Shown here: positions 26,527-36,228 of the stretch, piece by piece | Layout of the letters: each line of letters opens with the position of its first letter | Position numbering within the stretch: the first letter of the stretch is position 1 | Assembly: GCA_029261065.1 (NCBI GenBank) | Contig: JAJDCB010000030.1 | Span: forward strand, 324,876-388,875 | Direction of reading: 5' to 3' | DNA: 64,000 nucleotides | Source of the DNA: Candidatus Omnitrophota bacterium | Lineage (GTDB): Bacteria; Omnitrophota; Gorgyraeia; Zapsychrales; Zapsychraceae | Made by a program: the position numbers and the translations under genes | The notes under the pieces: model-generated | Seen by the model: the letters and a program-made list of their open reading frames with translations, nothing else | Told to the model about the DNA's origin: nothing | Database searches by the model: none

Positions 26527-29091
26527 ATGTTAATTAAAAATGAACAGCAATCATCGTTAAAGCAATCAAAGGAAACTTTAAAAAATATTCTTTCCGGAAT
26601 TGTAAAAAAAAGAAATATTGTAGCGGGTGTTTGTTTCTTATTGATTGTTCTCATTTATGTCACTGTGACGTTTGTGTTGCTTTATGATAAAGGCGATTTC
26701 TATACGGAATTACGAAATTCTCTTAAGGGTGTAAAGAATTTACCAGCGTATGTGGTGCTTCTACCTAAACAAATTTACAGACGTCTGACAACGGAACCGA
26801 AACAATTGGCTATTGAAATCAGTCCTAGGAATTTTCAAAAGTTGATGCAATGGAGGCAAGATAGTATTGATAATGGTCTCGTTATTAAAGAGCACAAACA
26901 GTATCTAAAAGGAACGATTCGTGAAAATGGAGGAGATCCTAAAGATATACGTCTGCGGTTAAAAGGTGATGCTGCTTATTATCATATGGATACTTCAAAA
27001 TGGTCGTTAAGAGTTGTTATGGAAGGCGAGGATAACATTTTTGGGATGCAACGCTTTTCTTTGCAGCATCCTCAACGAAGATCCTATTTGCGTTCTTTTA
27101 TTTTTCATAAAATGCTGGAGCTTGAGGGTGTGATGAGTATTAATTATGATTTAGTTCGCGTTACGATTAATGGGGCTGATAAGGGTATTTATAATATAGA
27201 AGAGGTTCCAAGTGCTGCGATGATAAAGAGACATAATAGAGAAGAAGGTGTCTTTGTGCGATTTGATGAAGGTCCTCACATGACAGAGAAAGTTGATCAA
27301 TCGGCTTATAAAGATGCTTATCTTGGCTCTGCGATTATTACGATCGGACAGCGTGAAGTTTTCAATCAACCGCGTTTGAAAGAACATTTTTTGAGGGCCA
27401 CGGAGTTACTTAATGGTTTTCGCCATGGAGATTTAGTTGCCCATGAAGTCTTTGATATTCAATCCATGGCGCGATGGATGGCCATTGGCGATATTTTAGG
27501 ATGTTGGCATGGTTTTGGGTTAGGTAACAAACGATTTTATTATAATCCGGATTTAGATCGTTTACAGCCTATTGGATGGGATGGTGTTGATGAAAATAAT
27601 TTTGGAATCGTGGGAAAGGATCCGCATGGTGATCGCCTTTTTCGTTTAGATGATCCTTATATGGATCCAGAAACGGTGTTTTGGAAAGAAATTTTTGATG
27701 ATCAGATTTTATTAACAGAGTATATTCGCACTTTAGATCGCATGACACAACCCGAGTATTTAGACAATCAATTAACTAAGATAGAAGATGACTTGCAGGA
27801 ATATCTTCCGACATTACAACGGGATTATCCTCAATTTACTTTAGAGCGTGATGTTCGGATGATTAAGGATGTTCAAGACTACATACGACGGGTTTATTTA
27901 TATCCTGTTAAAAATATTCATGCTTATTTTGAAGATTATTATGAGAAGGTCTTAACTCTTGGTTTTACAAATCGTAAGCCGATTCCAGTCGAAATTTTAA
28001 GCGTTCGTCAGAGGTCAGATAACGTCGAATTAATTCCAGAAGGGGAACGCATAATGTTAACTGGAAAGGCTCCTTTAAAACCTCCTGTTTATCAGAGAGT
28101 TAAGTTTCAAGGGGTGAGTCACATAGATTTGGATTCTGCATCGATGAATGATTTGGAGGTGAAGTACAGAGTTTTAGGTTTGGAGCAGGTACGAACGGAA
28201 ACCATTTATGATTGGAAGCGATATGATTCAGCTGAGTTTAAAGAAAGGCGTCATCATTTGAAAACAAATTTGGCTGGATTGGAGTTCTTAGAAATAGATG
28301 AAAAGAGCAAAGAAATATTTATTAAAAAGGGGACGTGGACGTTAACGAAAACCTTGCGCGTGCCCAAAGGTTTCACACTTCGAGCTGAAGCTGGAACAAA
28401 AATATTATTAGATGAAGCGGCTATCGTCTCATTGTCTCCAGTCGTTTTTCGTGGAACAGAAGAGGATCCTATTATTATTGAAGGCAAAAGCATTGGTAAC
28501 ACAGGTTTAGTGATTAAGGATACCGATTTAACATCTACCTTTGAGTATGTTCAATTTAGAAATTTATCCAAACCTAATTTCTGGGAGTGGGAGGTGAATA
28601 GTTCTGTAACCTTTGAAAATGCTTCTTTGAATATCAAGGATTGCATTTTCGACAAGAGTCGAACAGATAATTTTGTCAGTGTGATTAATGCTTTTTTTCA
28701 AATCGATCAAGTTGTCTTTCGGGATAGTTTAAAATCAGCTCTTTCCATTAATTTTAGCAAAGGTTATTTATCAGATCTTATCGTCAAAACAACAGGCAAG
28801 CATGCCCTTATATTAACGGGATCTCAAGTTGAAGTGCACAATATGAATATAGATGATGTAAAGGTTTCTGGTATTAAGCTTCAAGATAGTAGCAAACTTG
28901 ATTTCGCTTCAGGAAGCATTCGAAGATGTTCACATGCCGTTAATGTAGAGGGTTTATCTTCAGCTCTTTTAGATTCTGTTTTGATTAAGGAATGTGACAA
29001 TCAGCCTTTTTTTGTGAGTGATGATTCGACTTTAAGTTTTAATGGTCAAAATATTTTAAACACGGAACCTGTGGTTCAAGCTGCAAAGTAG
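26527..29091 (+). CDS. CotH-like atypical kinase family protein with N-terminal TM helix and C-terminal right-handed beta-helix region
   Basis: 854 aa. Single N-terminal TM. Central region resembles CotH. C-terminal repetitive beta-helix-like segments. Confidence is from general architecture only. Confidence 0.35.
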   Translation: MLIKNEQQSSLKQSKETLKNILSGIVKKRNIVAGVCFLLIVLIYVTVTFVLLYDKGDFYTELRNSLKGVKNLPAYVVLLPKQIYRRLTTEPKQLAIEISPRNFQKLMQWRQDSIDNGLVIKEHKQYLKGTIRENGGDPKDIRLRLKGDAAYYHMDTSKWSLRVVMEGEDNIFGMQRFSLQHPQRRSYLRSFIFHKMLELEGVMSINYDLVRVTINGADKGIYNIEEVPSAAMIKRHNREEGVFVRFDEGPHMTEKVDQSAYKDAYLGSAIITIGQREVFNQPRLKEHFLRATELLNGFRHGDLVAHEVFDIQSMARWMAIGDILGCWHGFGLGNKRFYYNPDLDRLQPIGWDGVDENNFGIVGKDPHGDRLFRLDDPYMDPETVFWKEIFDDQILLTEYIRTLDRMTQPEYLDNQLTKIEDDLQEYLPTLQRDYPQFTLERDVRMIKDVQDYIRRVYLYPVKNIHAYFEDYYEKVLTLGFTNRKPIPVEILSVRQRSDNVELIPEGERIMLTGKAPLKPPVYQRVKFQGVSHIDLDSASMNDLEVKYRVLGLEQVRTETIYDWKRYDSAEFKERRHHLKTNLAGLEFLEIDEKSKEIFIKKGTWTLTKTLRVPKGFTLRAEAGTKILLDEAAIVSLSPVVFRGTEEDPIIIEGKSIGNTGLVIKDTDLTSTFEYVQFRNLSKPNFWEWEVNSSVTFENASLNIKDCIFDKSRTDNFVSVINAFFQIDQVVFRDSLKSALSINFSKGYLSDLIVKTTGKHALILTGSQVEVHNMNIDDVKVSGIKLQDSSKLDFASGSIRRCSHAVNVEGLSSALLDSVLIKECDNQPFFVSDDSTLSFNGQNILNTEPVVQAAK

Positions 29092-29099
29092 TTAATCAT

Positions 29100-29795
29100 A
29101 TGAGATTTTTATTAAACAAATATAAAGACAAAGATTTTCGATCCGAATTAAAGTACGTATTTCAAAATGTTGATGAAAAATTTCTTGAACGTAACATTAA
29201 AAAGCATCCAGCTTTGTTTTCAGAGATTTTTCATAAACGTTGGATTAATAACATTTATTTTGATTCGGCGGATCTCAATGCCTATTACAGCAGCATAGAT
29301 GGTTTGTCACCTAGAATTAAGGTAAGGGTGCGTTGGTATAATGATTTTTTCGGATTCATTCACCCTACGTTGGAATTTAAGATGAAGCAAGCTAACAAAA
29401 ATGTTAAAGCATTATATGAATTAGATCCTATGTCTATTCCATCGAGAATATCAATTTTTCAATTAAAGAAAATAATATTAACGAATCCCGCTTTACCAAG
29501 AGAAATTAAAAATGCGCTTCAGTCTTTAAGACCAACAATGATCAATCGTTATGAACGTCAATATTACATGTCGCAAGATAAAGCTTTTCGTGTCACTGTC
29601 GATAGATCCGTTAACGTGGCTTCTTTATTAAATACGCATACGTTATCGACCATGAAAAAACTCCCCGCAGGTTTTACAATTTTAGAGATGAAATATAAAG
29701 ATGATTATCAACAAGCAGGTCAAATCATACACGAGTTTGCCGCTCACTTGCAATACACGCGTATGTCTAAATATACAGTTGGGCTGGAATATTAA
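29100..29795 (+). CDS. VTC/CYTH-like domain protein (polyphosphate-polymerase-domain family)
   Basis: ELKYVF and RVRW motifs resemble the VTC-domain tunnel-strand motifs. About 230 aa, typical for bacterial VTC proteins. Confidence 0.35.
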   Translation: MRFLLNKYKDKDFRSELKYVFQNVDEKFLERNIKKHPALFSEIFHKRWINNIYFDSADLNAYYSSIDGLSPRIKVRVRWYNDFFGFIHPTLEFKMKQANKNVKALYELDPMSIPSRISIFQLKKIILTNPALPREIKNALQSLRPTMINRYERQYYMSQDKAFRVTVDRSVNVASLLNTHTLSTMKKLPAGFTILEMKYKDDYQQAGQIIHEFAAHLQYTRMSKYTVGLEY

Positions 29796-29801
29796 AAGGT
29801 C

Positions 29802-29853
29802 GTCCCCGTTTTGTCGGGGCCGAACCTCGTCATTTTTTAATAGTAAAATGACG
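29802..29853 (+). terminator. candidate terminator (two hairpins, CCCCG-N6-CGGGG and CGTCATTTTTT-N6-AAAATGACG)
   Basis: Seen directly. The T-run is embedded in the second hairpin. Confidence 0.3.
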
Positions 29854-29873
29854 AAATGCCGGGAGTAAGGTTA

Positions 29874-31112
29874 ATGGAATCTTGTCGTCTTTGTCGTAAT
29901 GCAAACATGTCGCCGATCTTAGAATTAGGATCTCATCCTATTGCGCATCGTTTTTTAAACGATCCTTCGGTTAAGGAGTATGTGCATCCTATTGCTCTTG
30001 AATTATGTGAAGAATGTGGGCTTATCCAATTAAAAGAACCTGTGGATCCCAAGCTTTTATATTCTGAATATTTTTGCTTGAGCTCCTGGAAATGGCAACC
30101 TCATATGTCAAGGTTGGCTGAGCTTGTTAACGAACTTCCTGGATTAGATAAGTCGGCCAAAGTTTTAGAAATTGGATGTAACGATGGAGGCTTTTTACAG
30201 GTGTTAAAAGAGCTTGGTTTTGAAAATGTGATGGGTGTGGAGCCCGCACAAGATGCTGTTGATTTAGCAAAGCAAAGAAATTTGAATGTCATCGGAACAT
30301 ATTTTAATAAAGAGGTGGCCAAAGATATTCTATCAAGTTTTGGTCAGGTTGATTTTTTAGTGTCTCGGCAAATGTTAGAACATATTACGGATTTAGATGA
30401 AATGAAAGAAGCGATGCGGATGGTTTTGAAACCTGGTGGTTTGCTTTTTATTGAAGTTCCTAATTTCGAATTTAATTTGTCAGTTGCTGACTACAGTGGC
30501 ATTTGGGAGGAGCACTCAAATTATTTTACAAAGGATAGCCTTTCAAAATTTATGGCAGATATAGGTGTTGAGATGACGCATTGGGAAACAGCTAATTTTA
30601 GTGGAGATGCTTTAATCGCTTTTGGTCGATCGGTTGAGGGTGCGGTTGAGGGTGCGGTTGAAGTTCACGCAGAGCAATATTTACCAACTCTTCGCAAAAA
30701 AGTTTTAGCGTATAAAGAACACTGGCCCATATTTAAGAGTAGTTTTTCTAATTATTTAAAAGAGCATAACGATCAAGGTGGCAAAGTTTCCGTTTTTGGA
30801 GCAGGCTGTCGGGCTTGTTCTTTGATTAATTATACGCAATTAACGCCCTACATTGATTGTTTTATTGATGATCAGCCAGAGAAGCAAGGGAAGTTTATGC
30901 CTGGTTCAAAATTACCTGTGTATCCTAGTGATGCGCTAAAAGAACGTGGCATTGATTTATGTTTATTAGCGGTGAATGCCGAAAATGATGAGAAGGTTAT
31001 GGCGAAACATGAAGCCTTTCAGCAAAGGGGAGGCAAGTTTATTCCTATTTTACCTCCGAGTCAAAATCTTTTACCCTTTTGGAGTCTTGCGGATGCTTAC
31101 GAAAAAGTTTAA
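29874..31112 (+). CDS. nucleotide-sugar C-methyltransferase (TylC3/NovU-like; N-terminal zinc ribbon, SAM MTase, C-terminal C-methyltransferase domain)
   Basis: CRLC...CEEC zinc ribbon. LEIGCNDGGF motif I. RBS GGAGTAAGG. Confidence 0.6.
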   Translation: MESCRLCRNANMSPILELGSHPIAHRFLNDPSVKEYVHPIALELCEECGLIQLKEPVDPKLLYSEYFCLSSWKWQPHMSRLAELVNELPGLDKSAKVLEIGCNDGGFLQVLKELGFENVMGVEPAQDAVDLAKQRNLNVIGTYFNKEVAKDILSSFGQVDFLVSRQMLEHITDLDEMKEAMRMVLKPGGLLFIEVPNFEFNLSVADYSGIWEEHSNYFTKDSLSKFMADIGVEMTHWETANFSGDALIAFGRSVEGAVEGAVEVHAEQYLPTLRKKVLAYKEHWPIFKSSFSNYLKEHNDQGGKVSVFGAGCRACSLINYTQLTPYIDCFIDDQPEKQGKFMPGSKLPVYPSDALKERGIDLCLLAVNAENDEKVMAKHEAFQQRGGKFIPILPPSQNLLPFWSLADAYEKV

Positions 31113-31620
31113 TGATGAAGTCCTTTATCCGGATGAGCGTATCGTTAAAGTTTCTCATTCTCAGATAGAAGATTTAAAAGCTCAAGCGCTTAAGAATGAA
31201 CGTAAAAGAATAAGACTTTGTACTCATATGGATGTTTCAGATAGTGTTCATGAGATGTTAATCGTTCATAATCGCGATACGTATGTCAGACCACATAAAC
31301 ATATCGATAGAATGGAGTCTTTTCATATTATAGAAGGTTTGTGTGATGTCATTTTATTTGATGAGGAAGGAAATATTCGTGAGGTCGTTGAGATGGGCGA
31401 TGTTTCTTCCGGTAAGACATTTTATTACAGGATTTGTGATGCTATATATCATACTTTGATTATTGAGTCAGAAACATTAGTCTTCCATGAGACGACAAGT
31501 GGTCCCTTTAATAGAGAAGGTTCTGTTTTTGCTCCTTGGTCGCCTGAGGAGCACGAAGAAGAAAAAGTTAAATCATTTATTAATAGGATTAAAGCCAACA
31601 GGAATAGCTATGAGTCATGA
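31093..31620 (+). CDS. cupin-fold protein (WbuC/FdtA-like sugar ketoisomerase family)
   Basis: His-containing cupin motifs (RPHKH, ESFHIIEG). Located between the two C-methyltransferase genes. Confidence 0.35.
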   Translation: MLTKKFNDEVLYPDERIVKVSHSQIEDLKAQALKNERKRIRLCTHMDVSDSVHEMLIVHNRDTYVRPHKHIDRMESFHIIEGLCDVILFDEEGNIREVVEMGDVSSGKTFYYRICDAIYHTLIIESETLVFHETTSGPFNREGSVFAPWSPEEHEEEKVKSFINRIKANRNSYES

Positions 31621-32878
31621 CATGAAATCAGGTGAAGGAATAGATGTTTTAGATGATGTTATTCGACGAGAAGATTGTCGATTATGTCAGAGTAAGAATT
31701 TAAAATTGGTTTTAAAGCTTGAACCCACACCACTAGCTGATTCGTATATCCCAGAAGCTACGAAGCAAAGTATTTATCCTCTAGATTTATATCTGTGCGA
31801 GGATTGTGGTTTCACTCAACTTCTAGATGTTGTCCAGCCACAGGTTATTTATTTTGATTATTTATTTGAAACAAAGACTTCTTTAGGTCTTGTGGAGCAC
31901 TTTGGAAGGTATGCCGATGAGGTTCTTCAAAAGATTAAGCCGGCTCAAGATTCATTAGTTGTTGATATTGGCAGTAACGATGGATCTCTTCTTCAATTTT
32001 TTAAAAAACAAGATATGAAAGTATTAGGGGTTGATCCGGCTCGAGAAATAGCGCGAAAGGCTACTGAAGAGGGGGTTGAGACGTTGGCTGAATTGTTTAG
32101 TGAAGAGTTGGGGCGTTCTTTAAGAGAAGAGCGTGGGGCTGCATCCATTATTACTGTGAATAATTTGTTTGCAAATGTGGATAATCTCATAGATATGACA
32201 GCGGGGATAAGGGGATGGCTTGCTGAAGATGGGGTTTTTGTCTTTGAAAGTTTTTATTTAGTTGATCAAATTGAAAACATGGTTTTTGATTTTTCGTATC
32301 ACGAACATATTTCTTACTTTTCTGTTAAACCATTAGCCGCATTTTTTAAGAGTCAAGGCATGGAGCTTTTTGATGTTAAGCGCGTTCCTACAAAGGGTGG
32401 GTCGTTACGTTATTTTATTCAAATAGCCGGTGGCCCTCGTAAAGTGACCTCTGAGGTTCAAGATCTCATTGATCTTGAAACGAGTTTGAATATCCATCAA
32501 CCAGAAGCTTTTAAAAAATTTGAAGAGAAAATTAATCAAGCTAAAGAAAATCTTTTAAGTTTGTTAGACGATATCCATGCAAAGGGTCAAACTGTCGCAG
32601 CTTATGGTGCATCGGCTACTTCTACAACAATGATTTATCATTTCGATCTGACCAAAAGATTGTCTTTTATCATTGATGATAATCCACAACGGCAAGGTTT
32701 GTTTAGTCCTGGCTGTCACATCCCTGTGAAATCACCTGAGGATATTTATAAAGAGAAGCCGGATTACATCTTAGTTTTGGCTTGGCGATATTATAAAGCG
32801 ATTATGACAAATCATAAAAATTATACCGATGAGGGTGGGCGTTTTATTATTCCTTTACCGGAATTGGAAATTTTATAA
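31610..32878 (+). CDS. second nucleotide-sugar C-methyltransferase (paralogue of 29874-31112)
   Basis: CRLCQ...CEDCGFTQL zinc ribbon. VDIGSNDGSL motif I. Same architecture as the first copy. Confidence 0.6.
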   Translation: MSHDMKSGEGIDVLDDVIRREDCRLCQSKNLKLVLKLEPTPLADSYIPEATKQSIYPLDLYLCEDCGFTQLLDVVQPQVIYFDYLFETKTSLGLVEHFGRYADEVLQKIKPAQDSLVVDIGSNDGSLLQFFKKQDMKVLGVDPAREIARKATEEGVETLAELFSEELGRSLREERGAASIITVNNLFANVDNLIDMTAGIRGWLAEDGVFVFESFYLVDQIENMVFDFSYHEHISYFSVKPLAAFFKSQGMELFDVKRVPTKGGSLRYFIQIAGGPRKVTSEVQDLIDLETSLNIHQPEAFKKFEEKINQAKENLLSLLDDIHAKGQTVAAYGASATSTTMIYHFDLTKRLSFIIDDNPQRQGLFSPGCHIPVKSPEDIYKEKPDYILVLAWRYYKAIMTNHKNYTDEGGRFIIPLPELEIL

Positions 32879-32879
32879 G

Positions 32880-33986
32880 ATGACAAATGCTGTAAAAAAA
32901 GATAATAAGACAGCTGTTCCTTGGTGGCGAATCTCTTTTGGGGAGCCAGAGGTTCAAAAATTAAGAGATTCTGTTTTATCAGAACATATCAGTGCGGGGC
33001 CTGTTACTGAAGAATTTGAAAAGCAGTTGGCTGATCAATTAGATGTGGCGTATGCCGTAGCTACGACGAGTGGTAGTGTCGCCTTACTTATGGCGTTAAT
33101 GGCTTTAGATATTCAAGAGAATGATGAGATTATTATGCCTAACCGGACATGGATTGCGACGGCACACGCGGCATTAATGTTAAAGGCCAAACCTGTCCTT
33201 ATCGATGTTGTCAAAGATGTTCCTTTGATGGACGTGTCAGCCATTGAAGAAAAAATAACCTCAAAGACAAAAGCTATTCTTCTTGTTCATCTCAATGGAC
33301 GTTCTGTGGATATGAAGGCGATTGAAATTATAAAAAAGAAATACAATATTCCCGTGATCGAAGATGCTTGTCAGGCTATTTTTTCAAAAAATCCTCAAGG
33401 ATTTTTAGGAACACAATCGGAAATAGGCTGTTTCTCTTTGGGAACGACAAAATTGATTTCTTCCGGTCAAGGCGGTGTCGTTGTGACACAGAATAAAGGT
33501 ATCTATGAAAAATTAAAAGCTATTCGTAATCATGGCGTTAAAGATAATTTTACGGATCACTGGTCCTCACTTGGTTTTAATTTTAAATATACAGACTTAC
33601 AAGCTTCGTTTGCCCTTGTTCAACTGACACGTGTTGATGGTCGTATCAAGAGGCTCAAGGATATCTATCGAGAATATAAAGAAGGTTTGAAAGGTCATCC
33701 TTTGTTGAGATTGGTTCCTACAAAATTAGAAGAAGGTGAGTTGCCTTTGTATGCTGAGATTTTGTGTTTAGACCGCAGAAGACTTACGACATATTTAGAA
33801 TTAAATGGTGTTCAAGTACGACCATTGCCCCCGAGTTTGGATATATCGGACTATATTCAAAAAAAGGATGAATTTCCAAATTCGAAATTGTTCGCGAATA
33901 ATGGTATGTATCTGCCTTGTGGGCCAGATCAGCCTTTAGAGAATGTTAAGCGTGTTATTGATTTGTTAAAAGATTTTAGGAGTTAA
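32880..33986 (+). CDS. DegT/DnrJ/EryC1/StrS-family PLP-dependent sugar aminotransferase
   Basis: Family blocks, including a lysine-containing region (CFSLGTTKLIS). Confidence 0.75.
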   Translation: MTNAVKKDNKTAVPWWRISFGEPEVQKLRDSVLSEHISAGPVTEEFEKQLADQLDVAYAVATTSGSVALLMALMALDIQENDEIIMPNRTWIATAHAALMLKAKPVLIDVVKDVPLMDVSAIEEKITSKTKAILLVHLNGRSVDMKAIEIIKKKYNIPVIEDACQAIFSKNPQGFLGTQSEIGCFSLGTTKLISSGQGGVVVTQNKGIYEKLKAIRNHGVKDNFTDHWSSLGFNFKYTDLQASFALVQLTRVDGRIKRLKDIYREYKEGLKGHPLLRLVPTKLEEGELPLYAEILCLDRRRLTTYLELNGVQVRPLPPSLDISDYIQKKDEFPNSKLFANNGMYLPCGPDQPLENVKRVIDLLKDFRS

Positions 33987-33989
33987 AAG

Positions 33990-34982
33990 ATGACGGGAAT
34001 AGTTTTAGGAACATCTGAGTTTACAGTCCAAATGACGAAGGCCTTATTAGAGAAGGGGGTCGAGGTCTTAGCGCTGATTTCGATGCCTGCCGAAAAACAG
34101 CCTGTTGGATCATTAAACTTAGCTGATTTTGCGTGTGATAACCAAATGACATATTTAGAAGTAGAAGATATTAATGGAGAAGAAAGCCTAAATTTTATGA
34201 AGGGCTTAGAGCCTGACGTGATTTTTTCATCTTGGCCAAAAATTTTAGGTAAGGATGTTCTTGATATTGCTAAGCGTTGTTGTGTCGGTTCGCATCCAAC
34301 AGAGCTTCCTCTTAACAGAGGACGTCATCCTTTGCACTGGATGATAGCGTTGGGAATGGAGAAGTCAAAATTTACCTTCTTTGAAATGGATCAAGGCGTT
34401 GATACAGGTGATATTTTATTGCAAGTTCCTTTTACCATTGATCAAGATGAAACCATTGATCAACTTATTTTGAAAGTTAATCGTTTAGCTTATGAGGTAA
34501 CAAAGGAGTTGGTGGATATTTTGATGAAAGGGGATTTGATAACAAAGATTAAACAAGATCACGCTCAGGCTAATTATTGGCGTAAACGTAACTCCAGAGA
34601 TGTTGTCCTTGATGTGCGGATGTCGAGAAAAATGATTATCAACACGGTACGTTCTTTTACGTCGCCTTTTTCTTATGCCAAACTTATTGTAGAAGATTCT
34701 CTTATTTGCATAATAGATGCTCGAGCTATGGAACAACCCGTTGATTGTCTTCATTTGGAGCACGGTAAGATTATTAATGTTGAGACGTTTAAGATACAGA
34801 TAAAAGTTGAAGATGGAATTGTTGAATTGACAAGTTTAGAGCCTTTGCCTGATTTACTGCGAGAACAGCATTATGTTTATTCGCCTATAGAGTATTTATT
34901 GCGTTATCCAAAGAAGCTTTCAAAAGAATTGTTATCTGAGAATCAGTCTGCGGAAAATACCATTGTTTATAAAGAGAAGTGA
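33990..34982 (+). CDS. sugar N-formyltransferase (Fmt/ArnA N-terminal-like)
   Basis: Formyltransferase catalytic motif SHPTELPLNRGRHPL (HxSLLPxxRG) and a C-terminal domain. Confidence 0.65.
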   Translation: MTGIVLGTSEFTVQMTKALLEKGVEVLALISMPAEKQPVGSLNLADFACDNQMTYLEVEDINGEESLNFMKGLEPDVIFSSWPKILGKDVLDIAKRCCVGSHPTELPLNRGRHPLHWMIALGMEKSKFTFFEMDQGVDTGDILLQVPFTIDQDETIDQLILKVNRLAYEVTKELVDILMKGDLITKIKQDHAQANYWRKRNSRDVVLDVRMSRKMIINTVRSFTSPFSYAKLIVEDSLICIIDARAMEQPVDCLHLEHGKIINVETFKIQIKVEDGIVELTSLEPLPDLLREQHYVYSPIEYLLRYPKKLSKELLSENQSAENTIVYKEK

Positions 34983-34995
34983 AGGTTTAAAAATT

Positions 34996-36228
34996 ATGCC
35001 AAAAGATGAAGAACAATATAAACCTATAAGTTGGAAAACACCCAAGCGAATTCTGCTTTTGATTCTAGGTTTGCCTATCTATGCGGTTGCTAAGTTGATA
35101 ATTTTATTAGTTCCTTTTCGCGTCGGTCATTTTTGGAATTGTGAACGGATAGGGCATTTGTCGGTGAATACGGAATTATATTTAAGAGAGAAGTTAAAAG
35201 ATATTAAGACATCAAAGGAACGCCATGTTTTTATTTGTGGACGTCCGGCGAATGAAGCTTTATTGAAAATCATTTCACGTAAGGTGACTGTGATTAGAAG
35301 TGCAGCGCTGTTAAAAATATATCATGTTGTTCGTAGTTTTATAGGTGAGTCAGGTTTTTGGGTGGATCAGCCAAGTGTTTATTATATCAGTGGTAAACTC
35401 GATGATGATCAACCTCAATTGGAATTTTCTAAAGAAGAAGAGCTGCAGGGCGAAGAACTCACGAAATCCATGGGAATACCAAAGGGGAACACCTTTGTTT
35501 GTTTTCATGTGCGTGATCAAGCGTATTTAAATCATGCTTTTCCTAAGAATCAAAAACAATGGTCTTATCATAGTTACCGTGATTGTACGTTAGAGAATTA
35601 TCTTCCAGCCATGGAATATCTTGCAGGATTGGGCATTTATGTATTGCGTATGGGGCATATTGTCGAAAAAACATTAGCAACGGATAATCCGTTGATCATT
35701 GATTATGCCAATAATCATCGCACGGACTTTGGTGATGTTTATTTAAGTGCTCGGTGTAAATTTTTTGTAGCCTCAGAAGGTGGTTTAAGTAGTGTGCCAT
35801 GGAGTTTTAATGTTCCTGTTGTTTATACCAATTCTATTCCTTGTGTGGGAACAATTGGTTGGAGAAAAGATGATCTGACTATCTCTAAGAAACTTTTGAG
35901 TGAAAAAGAATCGCGTTATTTGACGTATTCTGAGATTTTAGAATTAGGAGCGGATGAGTGGTTTCATGCTGAGCAATATGAAAAGGCTGGAGTCAAAACG
36001 ATAGAAAATACATCACAAGAAATATTGGATGTTGTTAAAGAGATGAACGGACGTTTAGAAGATTCTTGGCAGGGACAGCCGCAGGATGAGCAAGATCTTA
36101 CTCGTTACCGTGCCCTTATCCCTAAGGGACATCGTATTTATGGTTTTACATCTCGTATGGGCACACAATACATGCGTGATTATCAAGCGTTGTTGGAACA
36201 AAAACAAGGTCATTATGCAGATATCTGA
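34996..36228 (+). CDS. hypothetical protein, possible glycosyltransferase
   Basis: One N-terminal TM helix and a soluble domain of about 380 aa. No motif recognised. Confidence 0.3.
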   Translation: MPKDEEQYKPISWKTPKRILLLILGLPIYAVAKLIILLVPFRVGHFWNCERIGHLSVNTELYLREKLKDIKTSKERHVFICGRPANEALLKIISRKVTVIRSAALLKIYHVVRSFIGESGFWVDQPSVYYISGKLDDDQPQLEFSKEEELQGEELTKSMGIPKGNTFVCFHVRDQAYLNHAFPKNQKQWSYHSYRDCTLENYLPAMEYLAGLGIYVLRMGHIVEKTLATDNPLIIDYANNHRTDFGDVYLSARCKFFVASEGGLSSVPWSFNVPVVYTNSIPCVGTIGWRKDDLTISKKLLSEKESRYLTYSEILELGADEWFHAEQYEKAGVKTIENTSQEILDVVKEMNGRLEDSWQGQPQDEQDLTRYRALIPKGHRIYGFTSRMGTQYMRDYQALLEQKQGHYADI

